The position numbers and the translations under genes were made by a program. DNA of 64,000 bases from Blastocystis sp. Blastoise (lineage: Eukaryota; Protista; Bigyra: Opalinata): positions 248,001 to 312,000 of the forward strand of contig JBBPEB010000018.1 of assembly GCA_039096225.1 (NCBI GenBank), written 5' to 3'. Position 1 is the first letter of the stretch, and each line of letters opens with the position of its first letter. Below are positions 1-33,864 of the stretch, in pieces. The notes below the pieces were generated by a model. The model had not been told where the DNA came from, made no database searches, and saw only the letters and a list, made by a program, of their open reading frames with translations.

Positions 1-1
1 A

Positions 2-58
<57 letters not shown>

Positions 59-68
59 CATTATTTAG

Positions 69-1784
69 ATATGCTCATTTTTCTGAAACTCTTGATGGTA
101 TTCCTGTTATTCGGTATATATAAGACTATATAATTCATACCTATTATCTATATGTGTAATATATTCATTATATAGTGCTTTTGGTATGCAAAATTATTTC
201 ATAAATAATAACAATAATAAACTTGATTACAATCAACGTGCTTATTTCTTACAATTTTCTGCTAACTGTTGGCTTGGACTTCGATTAGAATTCGCTGGTA
301 CTTTAATTGTATTCTTTTCCTCTTTCCTTGCTGTACTCGGCAAAGAAACTGGAAATGAACAATTCATAGGTTTAGCAGCTTGTATATAATATATTATTAT
401 ATTTATTATTATTAATATTACTATTATTATAAATTACTTTTTATAATATTCTATATATATAATAATATATAGTATCTATTTCTTATGCATTAAATGTTAC
501 TCAAACACTTAATTGGGTGGTACGAATGGCAGCTGATATGGAAACACAAATTGTTTCTGTAGAAAGAATTAATAGTTATGCTCAATTACCTAAAGAAGCT
601 CCTGAGCATATAGAAGGTCATATTCCTGAAGAATCCTGGCCTTCCCGCGGGGATATAACATTTAAGAATATGTCTATGCGATATCGTCAAGAATTAGAGC
701 CTGTTCTTCATCATATTAATGTTTCTATTAAGGGAGAAGAGAAAGTAGGTGTTGTAGGAAGAACAGGAGCAGGTAAAAGTAGTTTAATGTTAGCATTAAT
801 GAGAATTATAGAATTAGATGAAGGAGAAATAGATATCGATAATATGAATATAAGTGAAATAGGATTACATGATTTAAGAAGTCGTATAGCTATTATTTCC
901 CAAGAACCTGTTTTATTTAGTGGTACCATAAGAGAAAATATAGATCCTTTTGATGAATATAAAGATAGCGATATATGGATTGCTTTAGAAGTATATACTA
1001 TTTATTATTATTATATTATTGTTTTTTTATTATTATATTATATTATTATTATTATATAATTATTTATTATTTTTTATTATTTTTATTATTTTTATTATTT
1101 TTTATTATTATATTATTTATTATATTTTTTTATATATTAATAATAATCATTATTTTCAATAATATACCACATGAGCTCTTTCAACATATAATATAATAAT
1201 ATACTCTATAGCGTGCCCATATGAAAGATGTAATTGCTTCTTCTGATTTAGGTTTATCATCACTAGTAGAAGAGCATGGTAATAATTATAGTGTTGGTCA
1301 ACGTCAGTTATTATGTATAGCTAGAGCATTATTGCATCATACAAAGATTATCTTAATGGATGAAGCTACTGCTTCTATTGATGTTGAAACAGATCTTAAA
1401 ATACAAAAAACAATGAAAGAAGAATTTAAAGATTGTACTGTGATTACTATAGCTCATAGAATACATACTATTATTGATAGTGATAAAGTCATGGTTTTAG
1501 AAGCTGGAGAAGTTAAAGAATTCGAACAACCAGCTCTACTCTTAGAAGATCCTAATACGTATATATATATATTTGTTATTACATTTTATATTAACTATTT
1601 CTATATATAAATATATATATTTGTTATTACATTTTATATTAATTATTTCTATATATATATATATATATATTTGTTATTACATTTTATATTAACTATTTCT
1701 ACATATATATATAGAATATTCTCTGGATTAGTGAATAAATGGCAAAGTGCAAATGAACAACATAATCCTTCTAATGATGAATAA
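69..1784 (+). CDS. ABCC/MRP-family ABC transporter, 3' part (end of TMD2 plus NBD2); multi-exon, begins upstream of the window
   Basis: Spliced exons give YAHFSETLDG..VIRAFG, VSVERI, Walker A GRTGAGKSS, signature NYSVGQRQLLCIARALL, Walker B IILMDEATAS and IAHR. Introns are GT-AG. The last exon, 1715-1784, ends in TAA. Confidence 0.95.
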
Positions 1785-2297
1785 TCATTATTTATATTCT
1801 TATTTTAATAAAAATATCTTACGATTGTATCTATTTTTTAACTTATTTGTTATGGTGTTGTTTACTATTTTTTTTTTATCGAGTAGCTATATTGTTCATA
1901 AAATACATTTATTTAAATAAAAATACCTTATAAATTGTTTTATCGAAATCATAAATTATGCTTATAATAAATCATGCTCATTTTTTGCTACATGTTTTCA
2001 TATATACCATATACTTTCTAAAATTTGTTGTCAAAATTAGCTAGATTAAAACTTATTGCTTACTTTTCACGAAATCGTAATTAGAGAAACATCACAAAAA
2101 CTTCAAAACTATCTTTTGACAAAAAACAAAACAATGGTATTGAAGGAATAGAACAAATACATACATACAAAAAACAAAAAGACATAGATTATAATTAAAT
2201 AGGAGCATATATATAGACAAAAAAAATGAGAAATATGAATACTTAATAGAAATAAAGATGTATATATATATAGTAATAAAGAAATACCGTAAATTTC

Positions 2298-3860
2298 TTA
2301 TCGTCTTCTTTTTATATCTCTATATCTATCTCTACTATCACTTCTGCTTCTATGTCTATAGGAACGATCACGGCTATCATGTCTTCTTCTATCTCTATAT
2401 CTATCTCTACTATCACTTCTACTTCTATGTCTATAGGAACGATCACGGCTATCTGGGCTTCTTCTTCTTCTTCTTATTTCTCTGCTATCACTTCTACTTC
2501 TATGTCTATGAACACGATCTTCAACCTTATCAGTAGTAGTAGCAGTAGCAGTAGCAGTAGTGGTAGTAGTAGCGGTAGTAGAACTAGTAGAATTAGTGGA
2601 AGTACTATATAATAATAGTAGAATATAAATATATATATATAAGTTAGTAATAATAAAAGCATAAATGAATACCTTTCAGGTTTAGTCTCAGTTACTTGCT
2701 ATATATATACATAGAATAGGATAAAAATGAATAAATAATATATATATATATACCTTTCCATATTTTTCTTGTAGAGCTAAAAGAGCAGCTTTAGCCTATA
2801 TAAAATATTATATATATACAAATATATGTATATAATAATATGACCATACTTTATCATTAGCTACTTGTTTGTCAACAACTTGAGGTTGAACGGGAACTAT
2901 TTTTATAGGATTCTATACATAAATAATAACATATTATATTAAAAAATAATAAGTATAATAATAAATAAAATAATACTATTAATAATAAATATAATAATAC
3001 TATTATTAATAAATATAATAATAATAATAATAAAAAGAATAAAAAGCAAATAATACTCCATAATAATAATACTAATAAAAAGAATAAAAATCAAATAATA
3101 TACAGATTTCCCTAGTAGATCTGGCTTATTCTTCATAAAGGAAGCTCCAGGACCATAAGCAGTAGGTTGAATAATAGGACCTTGACTTGGACCTACTTTC
3201 AATTGACGATCTCCTACTAATAAGCCACTTAATGCAAGCGCTTCATGAACAGAAGCACGATCTGCAAACTCAATAAATGCAAAACGATTGGCTAAAGAGA
3301 AAATATAGTGAACTAGTTCAATGAAGAGTTCATTAATTCATATATATATATAGTGAATTTATTAATGTAGTATATACTAAAAACATATATACATATATAT
3401 ACCTCCTCCATTAGTATTTAATTTGGTTGAATCTGTTGTAATTTTAACTAAATTAATAACACCACAATTAGAGAAAATTGCGATTAGACCATTTTCATCT
3501 AACTATACACATGAAAAAAAATATTTATAATTGATTATTTTTAGTTACTAGTAATAAAAATAATTCTAAAAAATACTTCATCATGAATATTTCCTATGTA
3601 AATAGTTCTTTCCTTTTGATCTTTGTGAGGATCTTCTTGCTTGGATTTCACAGCCTAAATAAATTCATTATTTATTTTAAAATCATATTTAAACAAAATA
3701 AAAACAAAAATTAATAAAAAAGCCTACTTCTAATCTAGATTCTTGTTGAGACGTTGTAACGTATTTCTATAGACATATAATTCATATTGAAATATAAATA
3801 AAATATTATTAAACAATATACATATTGTAGTAATGCAGAAGTGATACTATTTGAATCCAT
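2298..3860 (-). CDS. RRM plus RS/RD-rich splicing regulator (SRSF11/SREK1-like), 9 exons
   Basis: Hand-splicing from ATG 3860 gives RNP2-like RTIYIGNI, RNP1-like RFAFIEF, a Thr-rich linker and an RHRSRSDSRDRYRD-repeat tail. TAA at 2298-2300; all introns GT-AG. Confidence 0.85.
2316..2519. repeat. 75-bp tandem duplication encoding the RS-rich tail
   Basis: Near-identical units start at 2316 and 2391, with a third degenerate copy near 2480. Confidence 0.85.
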
Positions 3861-4067
3861 TTTTATGATTATTCAATCTATGGCCACTATGTAAAATAGA
3901 AGATATATAAATGAAACACATACAATGTATATTGAATAAGAATAAATAATGCTCTTTTTACACTCTCTTTGGAGTAATTAATTTTACACACATTCTTGTG
4001 AAATAATCATGAAAATTAAGAAAAGAAACAGTTTTAGAATTATCTAGTTTTTTGTCACTAATTTGTG

Positions 4068-4282
4068 ATGGGTTGGGTTAGAACTGCTTCAATTCTTGCA
4101 GGTACATTTATGGGTGCCATGGTTGGGTTTTATGTTCAAGAAAAATATGTTGTCAAGTATCATGTATGTTTTGTTTTTGTTTTTGTCAGTCTCTAATTAT
4201 TGAACAGAATAGTAGAGAAAAATATATAGAAACTGAAGTAGATAAGAGAATGAAAGATTCTAGTTCTAGTCATTCGTCTTAA
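4068..4282 (+). CDS. 56-aa single-pass membrane microprotein, 2 exons (absent from the ORF track)
   Basis: ATG 4068, GT-AG intron 4164-4207, TAA 4280-4282. Protein: MGWVRTASILAGTFMGAMVGFYVQEKYVVKYH|NSREKYIETEVDKRMKDSSSSHSS. Confidence 0.75.
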
Positions 4283-4497
4283 GTTTTGTTTGGTTTTATT
4301 GGTATTCTCATTATTATTGTTGTTGTTTATACGATGAGAAGTTGTTTTGTAGCAAGTTTACCGCTCTTTGTGAATGTATTATTATTTTAAAAAGTTGTTT
4401 TTTAAATAAAGACTTACAAAGTTATTCCCGCGGGAATTTTAGAAATCACACTTTTCAAATAGTTTTTTTTTTGGAATAGATGAAAATTAACATTGCG

Positions 4498-5017
4498 CAA
4501 TTAGCCATATACATGGTAGCCATGCCCTAGTCTTGATCAGTATGTCTGTAACAGTACGTGATTATTTCCTTTATAAATGATTTATTGTTTTATAGTACTT
4601 TAGCAGGAAATATTAAACGATCCATCAACAAAATTGTCTCTAAGTGGCCTTAAAGATTGATTTGTGAAGCTAAGATGCTCTTTGAGTGTTTCTGATCATA
4701 GAAGACTGAGAATCATACCATTTTACGTTAAACAACAACAAAAATATGTTTTTATCCTACTAATAATTTTTTGTGGATTTATCCAACATTTTATCTTTCA
4801 TCATTATCTAGATTATGCACAAAGCATCTCAGGTATGAAAATTCATAAAGAACAAGAATATGATTTGACATTTCTCCATTTATTTCAAAATCAATTTTAT
4901 TTTATTTTTATTAGATCTGGTTGGTAGACGACATCGCTCTATGCTCATTCAGCAATATTCTGCTTGAAAAGAAACTAGTTAGGCTACCCAATTATGGCAA
5001 AAATTGAATTTTTTTTT
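4498..5017 (+). ncRNA. Candidate spliced structured non-coding RNA of unknown family
   Basis: GC-richer blocks are separated by GT-AG introns (4554-4595, 4833-4914, probably another ending at 4811). No long ORF; nested complementary segments; T-run at 5009-5017. Confidence 0.4.
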
Positions 5018-5600
5018 ACAACTCTAAAGATTATTCTTTTAACTCTGAGCGTCATGTTTTTAATAATTAGCATAAGATATGTATTAATTTTCATGTATCC
5101 TTGATAATAAGAATATAGAATAATTTAAAATAATGATATTTAAATATAAGAAGACAAAACAAAAAGGTACATAAATACAAAAAAAAATTAATATTTCTAA
5201 TGGATGCTATAGAATAATAAAACTATATTATATATATAAAATAGTGTATGTATAATCCATAAAAAAAAAGTTACTATATGTGCTATTTATTTAAAGACAT
5301 AATACAAGTAAAACAAAAACATAATTCAACAAAAAATAAACATATATGTAGATGTGTTAAAAAATATATATATTTAACAATAGAATAAGGCAATTATACT
5401 TTTAAAAAATTAAAAAAAAAATAAATGCACACATATATACGGTTATATATATATATATATCAGCATTGTATATAAAAGACACAAATAGTAGATATATATA
5501 TGAATAAAATGATATTAAATGTATTTATAAAAATAAAGAATAAAAATAAAATAAAAGCTATGAAACACTCAGAAAAGGTAGCAATAATTTCAAATGATAA

Positions 5601-5640
<40 letters not shown>

Positions 5641-7399
5641 GGCTACTAGCAACCAAGATTTTAAAAAAGAATTAAAAAAAAGTTTATATAAAAAAAAAAT
5701 AAAGTGAATGTATATATAAAAGAATTTACAAAAATAATATATTAAATATATAGTAATATATAATAATATTTTTTTTAAATGAAAGAAGAAATTGAAAGAC
5801 TGAGAAATGATAAAAAATAAAATAATGCTTGTAAATTATATAGACAAAGTAACATATTAAAATATATACTAAATCTATTTATTGATAAATCTGATTATTT
5901 TGGAACACAAGAGAAAAAATAAAGATATATATATATAACTACATTTAAAAAATAGAAAACAGAATTAAGCTAGTATTTATAGAAAAAGAAAATGATATAT
6001 ATCATAAAAATAATGAAAATTTATATATATATATATCATGAATAATAAAAATTAATATGTTTAAACTAGTGATATTCATGAAAAATTAATATATATATAT
6101 TAATATATATATATATATATATTAATATATATATATATATATACAAGAAATAAAAAAAGGAAATCTTATAAAAGAATATATATATATATAAATAAAATCG
6201 TAAAAAAAATAAGTAAAATAATATTATTATACTGTTATAAAAAGTATCTAAAATATTAATATAATGATCCTATATAATTATATTAATATAATAGAATTAG
6301 AAACGAAAAAATGAATGAGAATAAAACAAATGTAGCAAAATATGATAAACATATATATAGATAAATAAGAACTATCATAAATGCAAATATATAAAATGAA
6401 TAGTAGAAGAAGATAAGAATATAATATTACCAAAATAATATAGTTATATTACATATATATATTATAAAGAAAAGAATAGATGTTTAACAAGTTTTGGTAA
6501 TAAATTTAAAAGAAAACAATAAATTATCAAAGAAAGATTATATATATATATATATACATACATATATATATACAATTGCTATTAAACGAAATACAGAAGA
6601 GAATGTGTTTCGTGTATACATAGAGTCTATTAGAATATATACAGCTATAGAATTATATATAAATATATATAATTATTTAAAATTAAAAAAAAAAGAAAAA
6701 TTCAAAATACAGTGTTCAATCAATAATGATTAAAAAGTAAATAACTAGATATAAGACAATATATAAATATATACGATGAAATATATATATATATTTCTAA
6801 AATAAAAAATAAAAATAAAATATAGTATTGAATAAACTAACTAATTTAAGATGTGCACATTATTATTTAAAAAAAAACAATAATTAAAATTATAAATAAT
6901 GAAATAGAAAGCGAATATCACTCGAGAGAAGTATCGCAAACAAAAACAAAATAAAAACAAAAAATATATATAGAATACAAAACCAATATATATATATAAT
7001 TAACAAGAAAGAAAAATACTTAAATATTAATAAAGAAATAATATAATAAATACAAAAAGAATAATAAAAAGTATAGAACTGCATATAATTGTAAAAATTA
7101 TTAAGGAAAAACAATGAATCGAGGAATATATAAAAAAAATAAATTTATAAGTATCGATAAATAAAGAATAAACACATTGTATCTTAAATTAGTTGTAAAA
7201 GCTAAGAATATTGATATGTATAAAATAATTGCATATACAAAAAATGCATAGAAAAAAATTAAAATAATTACATATAAAAAGCGAATAGAATTATAAAAAA
7301 AAGAATAAAAGATTATGATAAAATATGTTTATCATATGAAATAGAATATTTGAATATAATATATGTAATATATAAATTAGATGTTATATAATGATTATA

Positions 7400-11428
<4,029 letters not shown>

Positions 11429-13330
11429 ATAGATAAATATCTGGATTATCTTTTTTTATTATTTAAAGATAAGATAATGTGGCAAAAAGAGCAATATATT
11501 AAAAAATATATATTATTCTTCATAATTATGTAAAATCCGCTAAAGCTTTTCTCCTTTTTAACCAGTTGGCTGAATGCATATGAAATAATAAAGATTACTG
11601 TTAATAAAGCATTATTTCCATGGAAATAATGCTTTATTAAAACAAAATGATTGGAAGTTTTCGACCTAAAAAAAAACAAAATAGTCTTTTCGTTCCATTT
11701 TTCTTCTTCTTCGTTTGACATCAGACTCTTTTTGAGAATAAAAAACTGCCAATTTCTTCCAGGGTATTTGTAAAGAAGCTTTTCTTCATGAATAGCATCC
11801 ACTTTGTCAATGGTAATTCACAAATTATTCGTTTTTTTTTTGTAGTATATTATTATATTTTAAAATTATATCATTCTCTTTAATATATGCTAGATCAATG
11901 TAGTTCAATGTTTTTCTTCTTGATGGTTTTTTTCATGTTTTACCAAAAAATGCTCCATTTTTAAAAGATAAAGTTTAAAATAAAATCTTCGTCTTAATCT
12001 ATATATTCATTTTTCAGTTATAGACACAGAATATGTTACAAGAAATGAATATTTTAAAGCAAATAATTAGAAAGAAAACGAAACATCAAAAGATTTTATA
12101 ATAGGTCAACTTAATTTAAAGAACAAATGAAACACATTCATTTGCCTCCAAAGCGTTAACATATTCATTCATTTTTATCATTTATTCTTGTTTATCTTCA
12201 TTAATCAAAAGTACGGTACATTATATAATATATATCCCCTTATTTTTTTTGTTGTTTTCTTTTTATAAACTTTCTTAACATATTATGACTTGTATTGACT
12301 TAAAAGACAATACCATTTGACATGGGATGGTTCATCATACCAATTGGAGATTTCATTATAACAAATGGACAAGTATCGCTTCAATTAATGCTGCCAACAG
12401 CATTCAATAATTGATTTCATGTCTTTGGATTGGGCAACAGAATCTGAAAAATCTTGGGTTAAAATGAAAGTCATTTGTTAGCAATCATTACGTGTTTCAT
12501 TGTCGTTTCTTGCCGTTATTATAATCTCTCTATTTTGACCGTGAACCACTGTTTCCAGACGTTTTTTCTGTTGAAATAAAATGCTTTTTAGAAGAGATTC
12601 TTCAATTTTTTTTTATTTCTTTTAAGGAAAACACAAGAAAATTATTTAAAATGATTTATAGAGCCATTCCAACTGTTTCTTTGTTCAGAGAATGATATTT
12701 ATTAAGGTAAAATGGATACATTCTATAAATAAGTATTGATATCCATAATATCAATATTAAAAAGTGATGTTCTCATATCTACAAATACAAAATTACATTT
12801 ATATTCTTCGGTTCATTAAATATTTATGTTAATATATAAAAACAACACGAAAAGAATGATAGTTTCTCTTATATATATGTACAAAACATTATATAACAAA
12901 AAACAATAATTTATTTAGGATTTGAGATATTTTATTATAATAAATAATAAATAAAAGAAAGAACAGGGTTATTCAAGTTTCTTAATAAAATCCAGCCTAG
13001 ATTAGCTAAGGATACAAATAGAAATAGAATAAAAAATGAAGAAAACAAAAAAAAAAAGTAAAACAGAATAAAATACCCATAAAAAAGTAATGTACATTAA
13101 ATAAGGATAAAATTGAAAATATATATAGAATAATATATACATAGAATAAGCTGCAAGAATGAATAATTTATTAAAAAAAAGAAACACATATAATCATATT
13201 ATATATTAAGCAAATATTGATTAATAAAGAATAGGGTTATATATATACATAAAGAATAGTATAACAATTAAAAAAAATATATATATATGTATGTAGAATA
13301 TTAGTTTATGAATTCTTTATATAAATGATA

Positions 13331-18535
<5,205 letters not shown>

Positions 18536-19606
18536 ATTACTATAAATCGCCTTCAAATATGGTCTTTAAAAATTATATGACATCAATTTTTTCGTGGTGG
18601 TTTTGTCACTCAAGAAAAAAAAGTAAAAAAGAAATAATTTTCTATCTTGACGAAAAACATGGGACTTCTTGAGTTACTCCCATATATTTGAAAATAATCA
18701 GAAATATATTTTTTTGTGTTTATTGAGAAGAACTTCCATTCTATTGGTTTAGATTCAAACGTTGTTCCCTTTTTATTCATTTTCTGGATTCAAAAACAAT
18801 TATGATTTTTTTCTTTTTTTCTCCTAAAATATCATTTATATTCGTAAATTCATTCGTAATTAAATGATTCTCAGATTATTTCAGACATTGTTATGTTTAA
18901 CTAAAAAAATACTCTAAAATAAAACCAAATCCTCTCATTATTATTCTTTATTTTTTAAAAGAATTCAATTCATCATTTTATTCATAAGATTCTCATACAT
19001 ATATGTAGAACAGTTGTTATAATCAATTAAATATAGACCAAACAAAATCTGTACAAAGTTTTGTTTATATATTATACGCACTTATGACTAATAAAATTAA
19101 TCTTGTTATATCACATACATTCTAAAAGAAGATATTATGAAATAGAACTAATAAATCGGTGTGGGTCGATAATTATTTCTTGCTATTTATGATATTATGA
19201 TTTCATTTTATTATTTAAGAATGTAGAAACATGTAATAAAACAAAAGTCATAAATAATAATGTTTAAATTAATAAGATTTTTAATAAAATGGAATATTGC
19301 TTTAACAAGTATATTGTTTTAATAAGATGAGAAATATATAAACATAGAGAATATTCAGAATAAATACTTTGAACTATGAAAGAATTAATAATTATAATAA
19401 GAAATTCTAAAATAGTTACATAACGTAATAAAGTTTTTTTTTTTAGCTAAAATAAAAATATTAAATAATATAAATAATGTTTGCAGCACATATATAAGAG
19501 AATAATGTTGATAAAATATAATATATATATATATATATTAGAAATGAAAGATTATACTAAAATATACACATATATTAAAGATAATAAAAATATATATATA
19601 TATAAT

Positions 19607-30207
<10,601 letters not shown>

Positions 30208-31186
30208 ATTATATTAACAATATGTATTTTAAAAAATTCACTTATATAAATTTTCTTCTAAATATTTGGTAATTACTAAATTTAAACTACACTTAATAAA
30301 TATAGGATAATTTCTTTAGTAAAGCGATCATTTTATAGTATTGTGTTTTTTTTGTCAAACCTGTTGGACGAACTAAACAATTCTTTTCACTAAAAATAGA
30401 TAACAAAATAATATTATTTGATTCGATAATATCCTTAAAATATCCAATAAAACAATTAAGGAGAAACCAACAAAAATGAATACTAAGAAAAATAAAAAAA
30501 ATATTTTTTATCATTATTATTTAGTAATTGGCAATGACGTTACTTTCATATTGAAGAAAGTGTGTCATTGCATACGAATAAGATTTTTCTTTTAGTATTA
30601 CAACAACGTTTTGATTCACAAAATTTTTACAATTCGTGAGTGTTGTTATATCATGGATATATAACAATAGTTATCTTACTGATTTCGAGATTTTTCTACT
30701 GATTCCATGAGAATAATTGTCTTGTAATACTGTTAGAATAATAGCCTTTGATTCATCACATATGCTTGTATAGAACAATATATAGTCTCTTCTTAGAACC
30801 CTTTTAATACAACACATGATGAGCATTTCTCAACGAAACAGTCATATATCACAATAGTTCTGTATTATACATTTGTTTTCAGCATTCTTATGGCTAACAT
30901 ATCTAGAGATACAACGTACTTAGTTTGTTTTAGTAGATCCACTTTAAGGTCAGTTCATTTGTCCTTTAGTAAAAAAAAAAAGAAATGCTAATAAATGAAA
31001 TCTTGTTCTAACGATGAATTAAATAAGAAAAAGTATAAAGAAAAAAGTAAAAATACACACACGATTTGTTATTGTTTTCAAAAACTATTTTAACATAACA
31101 ATACATTCAACATAGATTCAATGAGAGGGACTGAGTATAAATATATTAATATAACTTTCATTTAAATGTTTTAATCCAAGAAATGA

Positions 31187-33839
31187 TTAAACATGATACT
31201 GGATTGTATCTGTTTCTTGAACATAAATAGTGTCTCCATCTTGAACTTCATATTCCTGTAAACTACGACCTTCACTATCCATAGGTTCCTAATAAATAAA
31301 TATATATATATATTTTATTTTAGTAAAATGATTCTACTATTTAATTATTATATATATATAAGAATATTAATTATATAAAATATATATATATAAGCAAATA
31401 TATACATGATATTCATCTCTTGTATTATAAAATATAGTTTTAGAAGGTTCACATTTCAATAATTTACAAATAACTTGTTTAATTTGTTTCATTGTCGTTC
31501 TAATTGGAAATTTCTTTTTAATAATTTTTCCAGAATCACAATATTGAAACGAGAGGAGAATCGAAGTTGCATTGATTGTCTTTGGAATAGTATTAGTTAC
31601 TACTTTTATCACAGGATCTCCATATTTACATACTAATTCCTATATATAATTGTAATAAGCTAATAAATAGAATTAATCAAGTATAATAAAATAAAAGAGT
31701 CTTTATAAAATAATTATAATCTTAATAATAAGCATAATACTATATATATACAGAATAGCGAGGATATTTCGAGAGTAATTCTGTTTGTCTCTCTTTATTC
31801 AGTATATTCCAATCATTTATATCTCTACAACCTGCTTCTTCCATACATTTCTATATATATATATATATATATATACTTATAATACTAATATAGACATTTT
31901 TTAAATACTTAAATATATAATACTATATCTAAATAAAAATATGAATATAGAATAATATACAAGAAGCCAATGTTTAAGAAAATAGATTTCACTTTCTGTT
32001 CTTTCTTTAGAAGAGATTTCAGAATTATTCAACGATATTAAGCACCCAAAAGATGCAATAATCTCTTCTCTAGCAAGAGTTGATTGTTGTTGTTGAGTAT
32101 AGAATGGAATTGACACGCATAATAAAGAATGAAGAGATGGACAAAGAAGAAAAAGAGAATATAAAGATTGTAAAGAAGTAATTGGATTATTATTAATATC
32201 AATAGATTCAAGAGAAGATAAACAAGGAAGAGAGGAAGAACTAAAATGTAAGAAATATATATAAACATGTAATAAAGATAATTCTTTATATATAATATAT
32301 AATATATAATATATAATATATAATATATAATATATAATATATAATATATAATATATAATATATAATATATAATATATAATATATAATATATAATATATAA
32401 TATATAATATATAATATATAATATATAATATATAATGAATACATCGAGTCATCTAGTTGATTATCAGCAATAGTTAATGTTTGTAAAGAAGGAAGAGAAG
32501 ATAATATAGAGAAGAATTCCCATGAAGATATTCCACAATGAGATAGATCGATATACTTTAATGAAGAAAAAGAAACAGGAGACATACTTGTACTAATTAT
32601 AGAAGAATAGAATCATAATATAAATAAAAAGTAAATAAAAAGAATTTATAACAACAAAAAATGCTAAAGAGAACATATATAATACAAATATAATAATTAA
32701 TTATAAATAATACAAAGAAACACCATTTTTAAAAACATAATCTTCATTATATATAAGCATATATATATATATATAGTATATAATAAATACTTAAAAGAGA
32801 GATTATTTCCATGTAAATAAATGTATTCTAGCTGTGGAAAGAATGAAACTAAATTTTCTACTTCAACCCATGTCATATTACATCTCCCTAAACTTAACAT
32901 CTATATATATATATAATTAAATAAAACAATCAAGTTAATTATAAATATTAGTTTATATCATCATAATAATACTATAATATTCATACTCATTACATTTAAT
33001 TATAATATGACCATATTCTATATATATATATATATACTTTAAGATGTGTATAATAAGATTGTGTATCCTGTATTTCATTTGTTTCTTCAAAACTATCATT
33101 CATTAAGGATTGAAGACTTCGTTTATGGGAATGAATACTACTCTTTGTAAATGGAAGAGAAAACATATTATTACTAATATATAAAGACTCTAAATTTGGG
33201 CATTGATTCATTAAACTAAGAATAAAATCAGCAGCTATAAATAATAATCTTATTTTCTTTTTTATAAAATATATAGATATATATATATATATATATACAT
33301 GGAATCAAGTTATTATTAATGTTGATCTCTTTCACATTCGGACATAATTCACCTAAATCTCCACGAATAGAACTAATCTTATCATTATCTAAAATGATAG
33401 ACGTTAAACCACGTAATTCAGATTGTATTTTCATGCTTTGTTCTTGATTGATTTTCTTATTATCCATGGTTTCCTCGATAATCATCGTTTGGTCATTCTT
33501 CTCATCGTTTTTATCCAACTCACAACAATCATATCTTTCAAGAAGAGCTTCCTCTATAGAAATACCGCTAAATATTTTGTTAACTCGAACAAAAGACCCA
33601 CATCCATCAGGACATGAAAAAATCCTAACCATATTTCCTTGTTTATCCTTAATGGATCCATTGTTTTTACCTCGTGTATCATCATCCCATTCTAATCCGT
33701 ACCATATTTTAGAATCATTTTCTAGTGGCAACAATCCAATGTAACGAATTGTAGCTAAATTGATATATTATGAAACTATACATGTGTATGTACCTTTATA
33801 ATTATTTATATCAACAACTCTTTGATTTAAACTGAACAT
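31187..33839 (-). CDS. TBCE: Tubulin-specific chaperone E (CAP-Gly, LRR and ubiquitin-like domains)
   Basis: TIRYIG...WYGLEWDDDTRGKNNGS (CAP-Gly); several LxxLxLxxN leucine-rich repeats; C-terminal LQEYEVQDGDTIYV. ATG 33839, TAA 31187-31189. Confidence 0.88.
32287..32435. repeat. 7-bp tandem repeat (TATATAA)n in a TBCE intron
   Basis: About 21 perfect units. Confidence 0.9.
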
Positions 33840-33864
33840 ATTTATAAAAAATATATGTTTTTGT

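Noticed and set aside
4498-5006. Interpreting the terminal complementarity as a MITE
   Set aside because: There is no target-site duplication, the pairing is interrupted and nested like an RNA fold, and the locus contains introns.
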